A stretch of 64,000 bases of DNA from Kiritimatiellia bacterium (GTDB lineage Bacteria; Verrucomicrobiota; Kiritimatiellia; JAAZAB01), in the NCBI GenBank assembly GCA_040767085.1, contig JAXGPF010000014.1:83434-147433 (forward strand). Reading direction: 5' to 3'. The position numbers were made by a program, and so were the translations under genes. This document shows positions 20,791 through 31,041 of this stretch, one piece after another. How positions within the stretch are numbered: the stretch's first letter is position 1; every line of letters starts with the position of its first letter. The notes under the pieces were generated by a model, which ran no database searches, had not been told where the DNA came from, and saw only the letters and a list, made by a program, of their open reading frames with translations.

Positions 20791-21741
20791 ATGCGCCAGT
20801 TCCTGAAATATATATGGCTGCTAGGAATGGCGGGATTGTGTCCGGCGCCAGGTATGGCCGGGATTGAATATGATGCGGCACGAAATATAATATGGGTATC
20901 AGATTATCCGGTGTGGCGCCCTTGTGTTATGGATGATATATTGCGCCAGGACACCATAAATAAATGGAAACGAACAGCATACAATTATAATGAAGATTTG
21001 TACGAAGTTGTGGCGCATGTGTATATTGGAGATGCCAACGGGCGTGATACATATTTTCAGATTGGCGACCATACCCATCCGCAGGCAACCATCAAAATGC
21101 ACGGTAATCTTGTCGTTAGCCCGGATTTGCCATATAATCATACCGATAAATCGCGCATGGCTCAGAACGATACGTCTGGCGTAAATGCGCTTACCTTGGG
21201 GCGCCATGATAATCCGGAAATCCGTCCAAGGATTCAGTTTGCGCCGGGGTGCGGCTTGCAGGTCGGACCGGAAGAAGGAAATAGACAATGGTCCGGTGAA
21301 ATTTACGTGCATAATGCCGAAATATCCGGATTTACCGGGGAAACCGGCCGGGTGATCGGCATCCAGGGATGGCTTAACTTGCGGGGGCGTGTTGTGCATT
21401 TACTGAGTTCGCGCATTGCGGATGTGCAAAATGGCATTCGCGGCGTCATGGGCGGCGGGTGGAATCATAGAGTATATGATATGGTCTTTGAAAACATGGG
21501 AGTAGGAATGCGGGGGTATTGGGACAATCGGTACTTGAAAAAACCGCTAGATGCATGCTGTTTTATCAATTGCGAAACAGCTTTGGAAAATGTATACGGG
21601 CAAGTGCTTATGAAAGATTGTGTCTTTCGGAATAATCGCCAGAACTGGAGCTTTAACCGGAGTAGTTTAGAAAATATATTTTTGGAAAACTGTGAAATAG
21701 ATGGATGCAAAACCAATGGAAAGGTCCTAAACCTTAAATGA
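20791..21741 (+). CDS. Secreted hypothetical protein, probable beta-helix (pectin-lyase-like) fold
   Basis: Signal-like N-terminus; xxCxFxN / DCVFRNN / ENCEI repeats near the C-terminus. Confidence 0.65.
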   Translation: MRQFLKYIWLLGMAGLCPAPGMAGIEYDAARNIIWVSDYPVWRPCVMDDILRQDTINKWKRTAYNYNEDLYEVVAHVYIGDANGRDTYFQIGDHTHPQATIKMHGNLVVSPDLPYNHTDKSRMAQNDTSGVNALTLGRHDNPEIRPRIQFAPGCGLQVGPEEGNRQWSGEIYVHNAEISGFTGETGRVIGIQGWLNLRGRVVHLLSSRIADVQNGIRGVMGGGWNHRVYDMVFENMGVGMRGYWDNRYLKKPLDACCFINCETALENVYGQVLMKDCVFRNNRQNWSFNRSSLENIFLENCEIDGCKTNGKVLNLK

Positions 21742-22030
21742 AGCAAGGTACATGAAAGCATCAAGCAAAACCTGAGCACATCAAGTCAGCCAAGAATATA
21801 TACATGCTTTCTTGAAGCTAACTCATAATTAATAAAAACAGAGCAAGAAACCAAACAATATTTGATTGTAAAAATTCCATCGCATATTTGTCCCGCGGCG
21901 GCGGCGCGCGGGCGCCGGCTGCCGGATGTGGATGCGGTTCACTGGGGTTGAGCGGTGTCGGACGCCCGGGCTGGCGCCGGGAATTTATCCGCATTTCCCG
22001 CCATGCGGGAAACACATAGGAGCACAAGTC

Positions 22031-25000
22031 ATGTGGCGATCGATGATTAAAATTGCCTTGGCCGTTGTTTTTTCCGCCACTGCCTGCGCAGCCGCCGATT
22101 CCGGTCCGGGCTCGCCTCCCATGGACGAAATTTTCAGCCGTGCTCAGGAAATGATCCCGGGCGTGCAACGGGAGGAGCACGCGCTGCTGGCGGTCGCGCC
22201 CGGCGCGTGTAAAGGGGCCTCCTGCGCGGCGACGAATTCAGATGATGGCCGCCTGGAGTTTAAGATCGCACAGACCAATGCGGTCATCGCGGTGCGGAAC
22301 ATGGAATCGGGCCAGGTGTGGCCCTGGCATGACGGCCTGGAACGCGCGGCCAGGGTGACTTTGCCCTTCTGGTTCAAAATTGACATTACCGCCCCTGCCG
22401 ATATGACAGTGGAAGTTTGCCTGACGCATCCGGACGCGGCTTCCCATAAGATCATTTATTCCCCGGCATTTACGTTCAGCCTCACGCAGGGCGTCAACAC
22501 GGTCGCCGCGCGCCGACCGGTGAATTTTACCTGCCCGGCCGGCATTCAAATCAAATGCGCCGGCGGGGCCAGGCCCGGGCAATCCCTGCAAATTGATAAA
22601 ATATCGTTCAGCGCCGATGTGTGGAGCGCCTATTTCCGCCGGGAATTGGTCCTTCCCGCCGATGACCCCGTATGGCGGGCAATCGGCTCGGTCGAAGCGC
22701 TGGGCGGTCAATATTACGGAAACAACACCCTTTATATCAACGGGCGGGAGGCGGCGCCGGCCGGGCTGGTCCGCAAATTCACCTTTCATACCCAGTATAA
22801 TATTGAGCGCGTGGACATAGCGCCCTGGCTGCGGCCCGGGACAAATAGCATTGAGTTATGCGTGCGCATGGCGGGCAATCAGGCGTTTGCCTATGGCTGG
22901 TTCCAGGGCGCGGTGGTGTTGAATTCGGGCCGGCAGGTATTGCTGGACAGCGGCGCGGGCTGGAAATGGCGGGCGGATGGCCAAGCGGAATGGGCGGAGT
23001 TGCCGGTCTGGAATCGCGGCCAGCCCGCTCTTGCCGGCTATGTGCCGTCCGGGACCGCCGGCAATGATAGGCGTTTTACCACGAAGATAATTTACGACCG
23101 GCCGGCATCCGATGGCCGGCTGGTTGTGGAGCATCCGGCGGATAACAAGCTGTTCTTCCGCGCGGAAACCAATGCGACGGTTGCCGTCCGGATACCATCC
23201 GGGTACGCCGGAGCCAAGCCGGAGGTGAAATGGGAATTGCTGCATTACGTTCATTCAGAATCGCGGTTGGAACCCGCGCATGCGGACGCGGTGGATAAAT
23301 TCAGCCGGCAGGATGATTCGCTGGTCTTTCGCCTGGAATTGCCGGCTCTGCCGCCGGGGATATACCTTTTGCAGGCGGCCCTGGAATGCGGCGGCAAGCT
23401 GGTTGAACAAAATGATCCGGAGCCGCTGGTGTTCCTGGCGCCGTTGAAAATGGAGGCCGTGGCGGGCGACAGCTACGAGCAGGGGATGGATTTGGAGTTG
23501 GAAACAACCGTTGATTTCACCAATCCCGCGGATCCGCATCCCTCAATCGAGACGGATGCCGCGCCAGATTTGCTTAAAACCGCCATGCACAAGCGCCATG
23601 TGTTGTCATCGGAATTCATCAGCGCCGTAGAGACGCCCGCCATTGTCGAACGCCATGGCCTGAAATACCGGGAAACATCCACCAACAATTGGGCGCAGTT
23701 TTCCTGCCTGGTGGAATTCCAGCATCCGGGCGATTTTTACCTGCTGGCGCTGGAATATCCCGACGATGCCGAGCGCTGGATGGCCATGGCGTGCATTCCA
23801 TCAATTTATATTTACCGGGAGCCGACCAATGCCGTTTATGACAATATACCCAATCATCTGTCTTCCAAGTGCGCCCCCGGCGTGTGGACGGGCGGGAAAT
23901 ATCCGGTCAGCAATCGTATGCTCGATCTGAAATGGCTGTATGTGCCCGATCCGGGCGCCCATGCGCTAAATTTAATCAATCTCAAGCCCGGTTGCGCCGC
24001 CGCGGCGTCCCAGCTGAAAATCTACCATGTCCGGGGCCGGCTGCCGGCGTTGGCAACGCCGGCGCTACCACTGGCGCAACAACGCAAGATCGGGCAGCTG
24101 ACTGAGGCGGACTATGCCAATCATCCCAATCATTACCTGTACCTGATGAGTGGGCGCGGATTTTACAAGAATTTTGCCTGTTCCTGGCAGCGCGCGGATG
24201 TCTTCGCGCAACATAGACGCGCCTTGGGCGCCAAGGCCATGCCCGTGCTCGAAATGTGCGCTTTGCTCGCCAAATACAAGGAATCCTGCGAGCGGTTTGC
24301 CGAGTACATGCGGTTTGCCGGCCTCAACCTGCATGTCATGGGGTGTCTGCAATATAATAACGAAAACACTCCGTACCTGTCGCCGGACGGCAGCGCGCGG
24401 CTGACGCCCTGCCTCCGCGATTTCGCCGCGCGGGTATTTGACGTCAATGACATTGCATTTCTGGCCTCGGTGGAATTCATGCATACTACCGGACTCAAGG
24501 CGCGGCGTCAGCGCGGCGAGACCAATCTGCTGATGGCGGGCAGCACGGTTTTCGATTTCCGGCATCCGGATGTTGAAAGGGAAATGCTGCGGGTGGCGGA
24601 TGAATTGGGCGAGAAATTCAAATATTTACCCGGTTTCATGGGGATCAACTGGACCGCCGATGGGATCGTGATGATTCCGGCATATGGCCAACACAATACT
24701 TGCCACAGAAAGGGCGATGCCTGCGCCGGATACGATGACGCCGAAATTGACGCGTTTGAAAAGGAAACCGGGATGGCCGTGCCAGTCAGTCCGGATGATC
24801 CGGACCGGCGATTCAAGCGGCAGGATTATCTGAACGCGCCGGAACGCCGCGATGTCTGGCTGCAATGGCGCGCCGGCCGGTTCCAGCGGTTTTTCCGGAA
24901 AGTAGCGGAAGTCCTGAAAGCCAAACGCCCGGATTTGATATGCCATGCCTCCCCGCATTTTTATTACGATACTTTCATCGAATGGCGCAAGGCGCGGGAG

Positions 25001-26623
25001 CCGTTTGCCGATTTCATCCGCGGCCGGGGCTGGGATGCCGCTTTGTATGACGATGCGTCGGAAATCCGTTTTACCCCCTGGGCCTGCGCGGCGGCTGAAT
25101 ATGTGCCGGCTTATACCTGGGGGCATATGCGCCGGATTGAAAATTACGCCGCCGCCTGGCAAGCGAACGCGGATATGGATTTCTACGCCGCGTTTCAGAT
25201 GCTGCCGTATCGCTCGATCATGCTCCGGCATTGGTGGGTGGAGGTGGAACATGCGGCCGGCATGCTGCCCTTCCGGCCCGGCTGGCCCCGCCCGTTCCAG
25301 TCCACCTGCATGACCCAGCAGCGTGCGGATTATGCCCGCGAGCCTTACACGCAGGCCATGATTGGCTTCGATCCGCAGACCATCATGTTCGGATTCAACG
25401 ATGCTACGCTGTATACCGGCGAGGAGCAGCCGTTGCGCGAGTTTATCCCCGCTTTCAGGAGTCTGCCCGCCGAGCCGTTTGAGCCGGCGCTTGGCGCCGG
25501 TTTTTCCAACAATATCGCCGTGCGCAGCCTGCGCCGGGACGACGGGTATTATTTTTACGCCGCCAATCCGGGATATTGGCCGCTTGAGGGCGCTGTCATC
25601 GTTGCCGGCGCCGGTCAGATCATTGACCTGGCTTCCGGAAAAGTTGTGGCCGCTGCGCCCGGATCCACCGCCGGCACGATCGCGGTGCCGGTGAAATTAA
25701 AACCATACGGATTGGCGGCATTCAAGGCGGAGGCGCCCGGCGCCGAAATTATCGGATGTGAAAACCAGCCGGTGGCGGAAGCGGACCTGGCGCATATGCG
25801 CGGGATAATTGATGCGGCGGGAAAAATGCTGCGGAATGAAGACTTTAAGCAATTTCCCAATTACGGCTTTATCCGCCGGACAACGGAATCGGCCGGGCAG
25901 GCACTCCAGGAAGGCCGCTATGCGTTGGCCTGGTCGTTGCTGATCAATGACGAATTCTGGGATACCGTGTTCCGGAAAGGACCGCGCGCCGCGATCGAGG
26001 CGCCTTTTGAGAAGATACTGGCGGAAGACCGGTCGGTTACGGTTGTCCGGCTCGACGGCAATGCGGCGCCGGCGCTCGATGGCAAACTGGATGACGCCTT
26101 GTGGCAGGCAATTACGCCATTGCAAGGTTTTATGGGCATCGACAAAAAGGCGGCGGCGGATGAAACCAAAGTGTATCTCGCGCATGACGGTGAAAATATA
26201 TACATTGCATTCGATTGCCGGGATCAATCGCCGGACCGGATCAAATCCGTAGCCAAGCATGAATTGGACGTATCCCGGGACGATGTGGCGGCGGTGTTTC
26301 TGCGGCCGGACGGCGGAACGACCTATTACCAGTTGGCGGTCAACCCCGCCGGGGTGAAGCTCGATCAGAAATGCACACCCGGCGGCAAGGATTACATTTT
26401 TGACGCCAAGTGGGAGGCCGTTGCCGCGCGGCATGACCATGGCTGGAGCGTGGAAATGAAGGTGCCGGCGCATGCGCTGGATGCCGCTATCACGCCCGGC
26501 GCGGGGTGGAAAGTCAATTTCCACCGCGGCTATGCCGGCAACCGGCGTCCCGCCGCATCCTGGAGTTGGAATGCCGACTGGCATGATCTTGAGCGGCAGG
26601 GTCTCATGGTTTTTGCGGAATGA
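22031..26623 (+). CDS. Very large secreted carbohydrate-active protein (~1530 aa) with GH-like core and C-terminal CBM9-like domain
   Basis: AGGAG before ATG 22031; signal-like MWRSMIKIALAVVFSATACAAA; LYING..DIAPWLRPGTNSI sugar-binding-like module; GYDD..IDAFEKETG..WLQWR; PALDGKLDDALW..WSVEMKVP..WKVNFHR. Confidence 0.8.
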   Translation: MWRSMIKIALAVVFSATACAAADSGPGSPPMDEIFSRAQEMIPGVQREEHALLAVAPGACKGASCAATNSDDGRLEFKIAQTNAVIAVRNMESGQVWPWHDGLERAARVTLPFWFKIDITAPADMTVEVCLTHPDAASHKIIYSPAFTFSLTQGVNTVAARRPVNFTCPAGIQIKCAGGARPGQSLQIDKISFSADVWSAYFRRELVLPADDPVWRAIGSVEALGGQYYGNNTLYINGREAAPAGLVRKFTFHTQYNIERVDIAPWLRPGTNSIELCVRMAGNQAFAYGWFQGAVVLNSGRQVLLDSGAGWKWRADGQAEWAELPVWNRGQPALAGYVPSGTAGNDRRFTTKIIYDRPASDGRLVVEHPADNKLFFRAETNATVAVRIPSGYAGAKPEVKWELLHYVHSESRLEPAHADAVDKFSRQDDSLVFRLELPALPPGIYLLQAALECGGKLVEQNDPEPLVFLAPLKMEAVAGDSYEQGMDLELETTVDFTNPADPHPSIETDAAPDLLKTAMHKRHVLSSEFISAVETPAIVERHGLKYRETSTNNWAQFSCLVEFQHPGDFYLLALEYPDDAERWMAMACIPSIYIYREPTNAVYDNIPNHLSSKCAPGVWTGGKYPVSNRMLDLKWLYVPDPGAHALNLINLKPGCAAAASQLKIYHVRGRLPALATPALPLAQQRKIGQLTEADYANHPNHYLYLMSGRGFYKNFACSWQRADVFAQHRRALGAKAMPVLEMCALLAKYKESCERFAEYMRFAGLNLHVMGCLQYNNENTPYLSPDGSARLTPCLRDFAARVFDVNDIAFLASVEFMHTTGLKARRQRGETNLLMAGSTVFDFRHPDVEREMLRVADELGEKFKYLPGFMGINWTADGIVMIPAYGQHNTCHRKGDACAGYDDAEIDAFEKETGMAVPVSPDDPDRRFKRQDYLNAPERRDVWLQWRAGRFQRFFRKVAEVLKAKRPDLICHASPHFYYDTFIEWRKAREPFADFIRGRGWDAALYDDASEIRFTPWACAAAEYVPAYTWGHMRRIENYAAAWQANADMDFYAAFQMLPYRSIMLRHWWVEVEHAAGMLPFRPGWPRPFQSTCMTQQRADYAREPYTQAMIGFDPQTIMFGFNDATLYTGEEQPLREFIPAFRSLPAEPFEPALGAGFSNNIAVRSLRRDDGYYFYAANPGYWPLEGAVIVAGAGQIIDLASGKVVAAAPGSTAGTIAVPVKLKPYGLAAFKAEAPGAEIIGCENQPVAEADLAHMRGIIDAAGKMLRNEDFKQFPNYGFIRRTTESAGQALQEGRYALAWSLLINDEFWDTVFRKGPRAAIEAPFEKILAEDRSVTVVRLDGNAAPALDGKLDDALWQAITPLQGFMGIDKKAAADETKVYLAHDGENIYIAFDCRDQSPDRIKSVAKHELDVSRDDVAAVFLRPDGGTTYYQLAVNPAGVKLDQKCTPGGKDYIFDAKWEAVAARHDHGWSVEMKVPAHALDAAITPGAGWKVNFHRGYAGNRRPAASWSWNADWHDLERQGLMVFAE

Positions 26624-26659
26624 GTCTGGATTTTATCACTGCGAAAGAAGTAAAATAAA

Positions 26660-28135
26660 ATGATAAAAGCTGGTTTTTTTGAAGTAGATATTTGTCCCTC
26701 CGTCATGATGTCTGGCGTCGATTTCAATCTGGGATCACTTGGTAATATCGCCTCGCCACCGAAATTGACCGCCGGAGTCTGGCAGTCCGCGGACTTGAAA
26801 ATTGCCGTCGTGGGGATGGATATTTGCTCGATTCAGCGGCCGATATGGGAGAAGGCGCGCGATATATTGTATAATAAATTCAGGTATGACGGCCTGATCT
26901 GCGCCGCTTCGCACGCCCATTCCGCCGGGCCGGGTATCCGGGATCGGGTGTTGCCCCTTGAAGAAGTTGAAAAGATCAAAGATATCAAGCCGGAACTGAG
27001 AAGGCGGGTATACAGTATGCGCCGGCCCGGTGACAAGCGCGAGATTGTGCCGCCGGAAGTCAATCAGATATACCTGGATTTGCTGCCTTACCGTATTGTC
27101 GACGCCGTCGTATCAGCCGAAAAGCGCATGGAAGAAGTCCGCCTGATCAACGGCAAGGAACTTGTCCATGATGTCGGCCATAACCGCCGTCAGAAGATGA
27201 AGCAAGGCTGCACCTTTAGCCATGCCGGCAAGGGCAATCCTGATATTATAGGAGATGCCGGGCCGATTGACGAAGAAGTCACCGTGCTGGGGGCAGTGAA
27301 TAAATGCGGCCAGGTGATTGGAGTAATTGTCAATTACGGCTGCCATGCCACGGTAGCCGGACCGAAGGGGGGGTGTTCCGGCGATTGGCCGTATTATTTG
27401 CGTGAAACCATAAATAAAATGATCAATCCCTTGGCCGTCACGGTGTTTCTTAACGGCTGCTGCGGCGATGTCACACAGGTGGACAACATCAGTCTTGACC
27501 CGCATCGCTATGGCGAGCAATGGTGTAAAATACTCGGGCAGCGGGTGGCGTTTCCCGTGGTTGACATTTTGTCGCGCGAACCAGCGCGCGAATTTGATAT
27601 TTTGAACTATGCTTCAATTGATTTGCCGCTCAACTGGCGGGCAATCAGCGATGAAAAATACCGCCAGGCGCTGGAACTGGTGAACAATGAAAAACACGGC
27701 GTGCCCGGCTGCTGGTTCCCCATGGGAGTGGTTTTGCATTATTGGAAATCCAGATTGTATCCACATGCAGTATGCAACCTGAATGTCATTCAAATCGGCA
27801 ATCTGGTGATTGCCACCAATCCGACTGAAACCTTTACAAAAACAGGAATGGAACTCAAAAATACCTCGCCATTTCCTTTCACCATGCCGGTGGGATTGAC
27901 CAATGACTGGCTGGGTTACATGGCCACGGCCGACGCTTTTGGCCCGCATGGCGGCGGCTACGAGCCGCAATTGAATGGCACCGCGTTGGCAGTGGATGCC
28001 GCGGCCAAGGTGACGGAAATACTGTCGAAAATGATGAATGAGTTTAAGCCGGAGAAGGAGATTCCGCCGCCCCGGATTAATCAACCTGCAAAGACCGTTC
28101 AGAGTTGCTGGCATTCATCACCGAAAGATTTGTAA
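26660..28135 (+). CDS. Neutral/alkaline ceramidase-like amidohydrolase (second copy)
   Basis: AASHAHSAGP, GHNRR, VNYGCHATV, SGDWPY, FLNGCCGDV, GLTNDWLGY..FGPHGGGYE. Confidence 0.85.
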   Translation: MIKAGFFEVDICPSVMMSGVDFNLGSLGNIASPPKLTAGVWQSADLKIAVVGMDICSIQRPIWEKARDILYNKFRYDGLICAASHAHSAGPGIRDRVLPLEEVEKIKDIKPELRRRVYSMRRPGDKREIVPPEVNQIYLDLLPYRIVDAVVSAEKRMEEVRLINGKELVHDVGHNRRQKMKQGCTFSHAGKGNPDIIGDAGPIDEEVTVLGAVNKCGQVIGVIVNYGCHATVAGPKGGCSGDWPYYLRETINKMINPLAVTVFLNGCCGDVTQVDNISLDPHRYGEQWCKILGQRVAFPVVDILSREPAREFDILNYASIDLPLNWRAISDEKYRQALELVNNEKHGVPGCWFPMGVVLHYWKSRLYPHAVCNLNVIQIGNLVIATNPTETFTKTGMELKNTSPFPFTMPVGLTNDWLGYMATADAFGPHGGGYEPQLNGTALAVDAAAKVTEILSKMMNEFKPEKEIPPPRINQPAKTVQSCWHSSPKDL

Positions 28136-28199
28136 AAAGATTTTCCCCGCCGGGGGGAGATAGTTGGGAATACAAGGCAAAACTAAACGAGGTAACATT

Positions 28200-29272
28200 A
28201 TGTCTGCTCAACATCATTCGACTATTGTTGTGCTGTTGTCATGGGTATTTATGGCGAATTATTGTTTGTCGGTTGAAAGATATGTTTCATTGTATGGCAC
28301 AAACGACACTACGGGTGGTTATCAGAGTTGGTCCGGCGCGGCCACAACAATTCAGGCTGCCGTCGATGTATGTGGCGTCGGCGATATTGTCTGGGTGAGC
28401 AATGGGACGTATGCTGTAGGCGCAACAGTCTATAGCGGCGTGACAAACAGGGTGTATATAAACAAGGCAATTACCGTACGCAGCAGTGGCGACAATCGAG
28501 CTTTAACGATTATTAAGGGGGAAGCGGGGTATCGTCCAGTGTATATGGCGGCTGGTTCCAGTTTAATAGGTTTTACCATCACAAACGGGGATATAATGAC
28601 GGGCCATGGCGGCGGAATATGCTGCGCTTCTGCCAATGTGATTATATCCAATTGCTTGATTACTGGAAATACGAGCCCCAATAAAGCCGGTGGCGGGGTA
28701 TACAGAGGCACTCTATATAATTGCGATGTTATTGATAATATTGCGAGTAACGGCGGCGGTGTCTATGACGGCGTGTTGAATGGTTGCAAAGTGATAGGTA
28801 ATTATGCATATGCATATGGCGGCGGAGTGAACCGTTGTTTTGTTTATGACTCCGCAATAATATCAAACAAGGCCGAAAATGGCGGCGGGGGTGGTTATGG
28901 CGTAAATGCAGCATATTATATGACAAATTGCATCATAAATGAAAACGAGGTATCTAGTTCAGGCGGAGGAGTCGCCGAATATATTCTATATAATTGCGTT
29001 TTAAACGGCAACAATGCAACAAACAATGCCGGTGGAGCCAATGGTGGCGCTTTGTACAACTGCCTGGTTGCCAGCAATGCAGCAGCCAACGAAGGGGGTG
29101 GCGTCCGTAATAGTGATTTGTTTCATGCGAAGGTGTTCGGCAATCAGGCCGGAAAGGCTGGCGGTGGGTGTTGTTATTCAGGCATTAAAATTATTAATAA
29201 CTGTCTGATTGCCGGGAATCAGGCTGGCACGGAAGGCGGCGGAGTGTATGGCGCGACGTGGGTCAATATTTA
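28200..29272 (+). pseudogene. 5' part of a secreted beta-helix / choice-of-anchor-Q protein, interrupted by ISL3
   Basis: GAGG before ATG 28200; YVS..G..WSGAATTIQAAVD..GDIVWVSNGTY; GGGV..LYNC repeats; the IS junction creates TAG at 29271-29273. Confidence 0.9.
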
Positions 29273-30633
29273 GGGGCTTCAGACTTTTGAATGGGCACCC
29301 CCTACAGGTTGTGGTAATAGTGGTGAATGAATGCAAATACATTATACGCGAAATTGTTGGGATTGCGAGGGCCTTGGTTGGTTAGTCGGGTTGAGGTGAA
29401 CGAGAGTGCCCGTCGTGTGGACGTATGGGTTAAGCATGAACCGGGAGTGCAAGTGGCCTGTCCGGAATGTGGGCAATTTGGGCCAGTGTACGACCACACG
29501 GCGGAACGCGAATATCGGCATCTTAACAGTTGTGAAATGGCGACGTATGTGCATGTGCGACTGCCGCGTGCGCAGTGCGCTCGGCACGGGGTTAAGCAGA
29601 TTCTTTCGGAGTTTGGCGAGAATGGTTCGCCGATGACATATGCCTTTGAACGACAGATTATTACAGTGCTTGAGGAATGCAGCTTGAGTGGAGCTAGTCG
29701 ATTGACGGGGATTAGCTGGGAGCAGGCGTGGGCGGTGGTGGAACGTGGTGTAGCGCGCGGCTGGGATCGCAAGGAACATAAGTTGCCGGCACGGATCGGG
29801 GTGGACGAGAAATCGTTTGCAAAAGGCCACAAGTACGAGACGCTGGTCTATGATTTGGAGCAAGCGACGGTGGAATATGTGGCCGACAATCGGGAGCAGG
29901 GAAGCTTGGAAGGATATTACAAACAGTTCACGCTGGAAGAGCGCGCGGCGGTGGAAGCCGTGGCCATGGACATGTGGGATCCGTACATCGCGGCGACACG
30001 CGCTTGGATTTCCGCTGCCCACCAGAAGATCGTCTTTGATCGATACCATGTGACAGCCTATGTTTCCAAGGCAGTCGACGAGGTTCGCAAGATCGAACAC
30101 CGGCAATTGATGCAAGTGGGCCGAGAGGATTTGAAACACACGAAGTATCTTTGGCTTTGGAATGAAGAAAATATTCCCGATTGGCGTCGTGTGGAGTTCG
30201 AACAACTCAAATCCCAAGATTTGAAGGTTTGCCGGGCGTGGGCGATCAAGGAGAATCTGCGGCATCTGTGGTCGTATCGTTCGGTGGCCTGGGCGCGGAA
30301 GTTCTTTAAGCGGTGGTATCACTGGGCAACACACTCCCGGTTGCCTGCTATGGTCAAGGCGGCGAAGACCTTGATGGCACATATGGCTAACATCGTCACC
30401 TTTGCCAAACTCCGCGTTACCAACGCCATGGGCGAAAGCCTTAATAGCAAGATAGAAAAGGTCAAACGGATGGCCTGCGGTTTCCGCAACCGGGATCACT
30501 ATAAAAAAGCCATTTATTTTCATTGTGGAGGACTCGATCTCATGCCGAAAGCGCCCGCGTCTCCAATGATCCGCCTTTTCGCATGCTGACACCACTACAT
30601 ATGGGGGCTACCCACACAAAACCCGGAAGCGGC
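29273..30633 (+). mobile_element. ISL3-family insertion sequence (1361 bp), transposase apparently intact
   Basis: 8-bp TSD AATATTTA at 29265-29272 and 30634-30641; imperfect IRs GGGGCTTCAGACTTTTGAATGGG vs reverse complement GCCGCTTCCGGGTTTTGTGTGGG. Confidence 0.93.
29327..30589 (+). CDS. ISL3-family transposase
   Basis: CPECG..CARHG zinc finger, IGVDEKSF, VAMDMWDPY, IVFDRYHV, TNAMGESLNSKI..ACGFRN. Confidence 0.97.
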   Translation: MNANTLYAKLLGLRGPWLVSRVEVNESARRVDVWVKHEPGVQVACPECGQFGPVYDHTAEREYRHLNSCEMATYVHVRLPRAQCARHGVKQILSEFGENGSPMTYAFERQIITVLEECSLSGASRLTGISWEQAWAVVERGVARGWDRKEHKLPARIGVDEKSFAKGHKYETLVYDLEQATVEYVADNREQGSLEGYYKQFTLEERAAVEAVAMDMWDPYIAATRAWISAAHQKIVFDRYHVTAYVSKAVDEVRKIEHRQLMQVGREDLKHTKYLWLWNEENIPDWRRVEFEQLKSQDLKVCRAWAIKENLRHLWSYRSVAWARKFFKRWYHWATHSRLPAMVKAAKTLMAHMANIVTFAKLRVTNAMGESLNSKIEKVKRMACGFRNRDHYKKAIYFHCGGLDLMPKAPASPMIRLFAC

Positions 30634-30641
30634 AATATTTA

Positions 30642-31041
30642 TAACACAACCATCAGCGGGAATTCAGCGTCGAATTATGGCGGGATTTGTTATGTAGCTT
30701 CCATCTATAATTCCATTTCCTGGAATAATCACAGCGACGCCGGTGAAGACGACGGCGGTTACGCTGCATATTATTCATGCGGAGCGGGTTTTACTGGCAA
30801 CGGGTGCATATCCGAAGATCCGAAATATCTTGACGCGGGTATTGACTATGGGACAAACCATGTGTTTGGTAATTACCGTTTGCAGCCTGGATCGCCTTGC
30901 ATCAACAGGGGAACCAACGAACCGGCGATGGCTGAAAGCGTTGATCTGGATGGACGCGCGCGACAGGATCGTTTCAGCCGGCTGGTTGATATTGGCTGTT
31001 ATGAGCATGTGCCTGAAGGGAATTTATGGATTGTAAAATAA
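30642..31041 (+). pseudogene. 3' part (choice-of-anchor-Q-like domain) of the gene starting at 28200
   Basis: Rebuilt junction GATWVNIY|NTTISGNSA; NYRLQPGSPCINRG..DLDGRAR..VDIGCYE; ends PEGNLWIVK. Confidence 0.9.

Noticed and set aside
21712-21741. Third instance of the C-terminal sorting-like motif (TNGKVLNLK)
   Set aside because: It lacks the proline and the preceding anchor-like domain, and lies next to an AT-rich stretch that could indicate truncation. Too weak to count.
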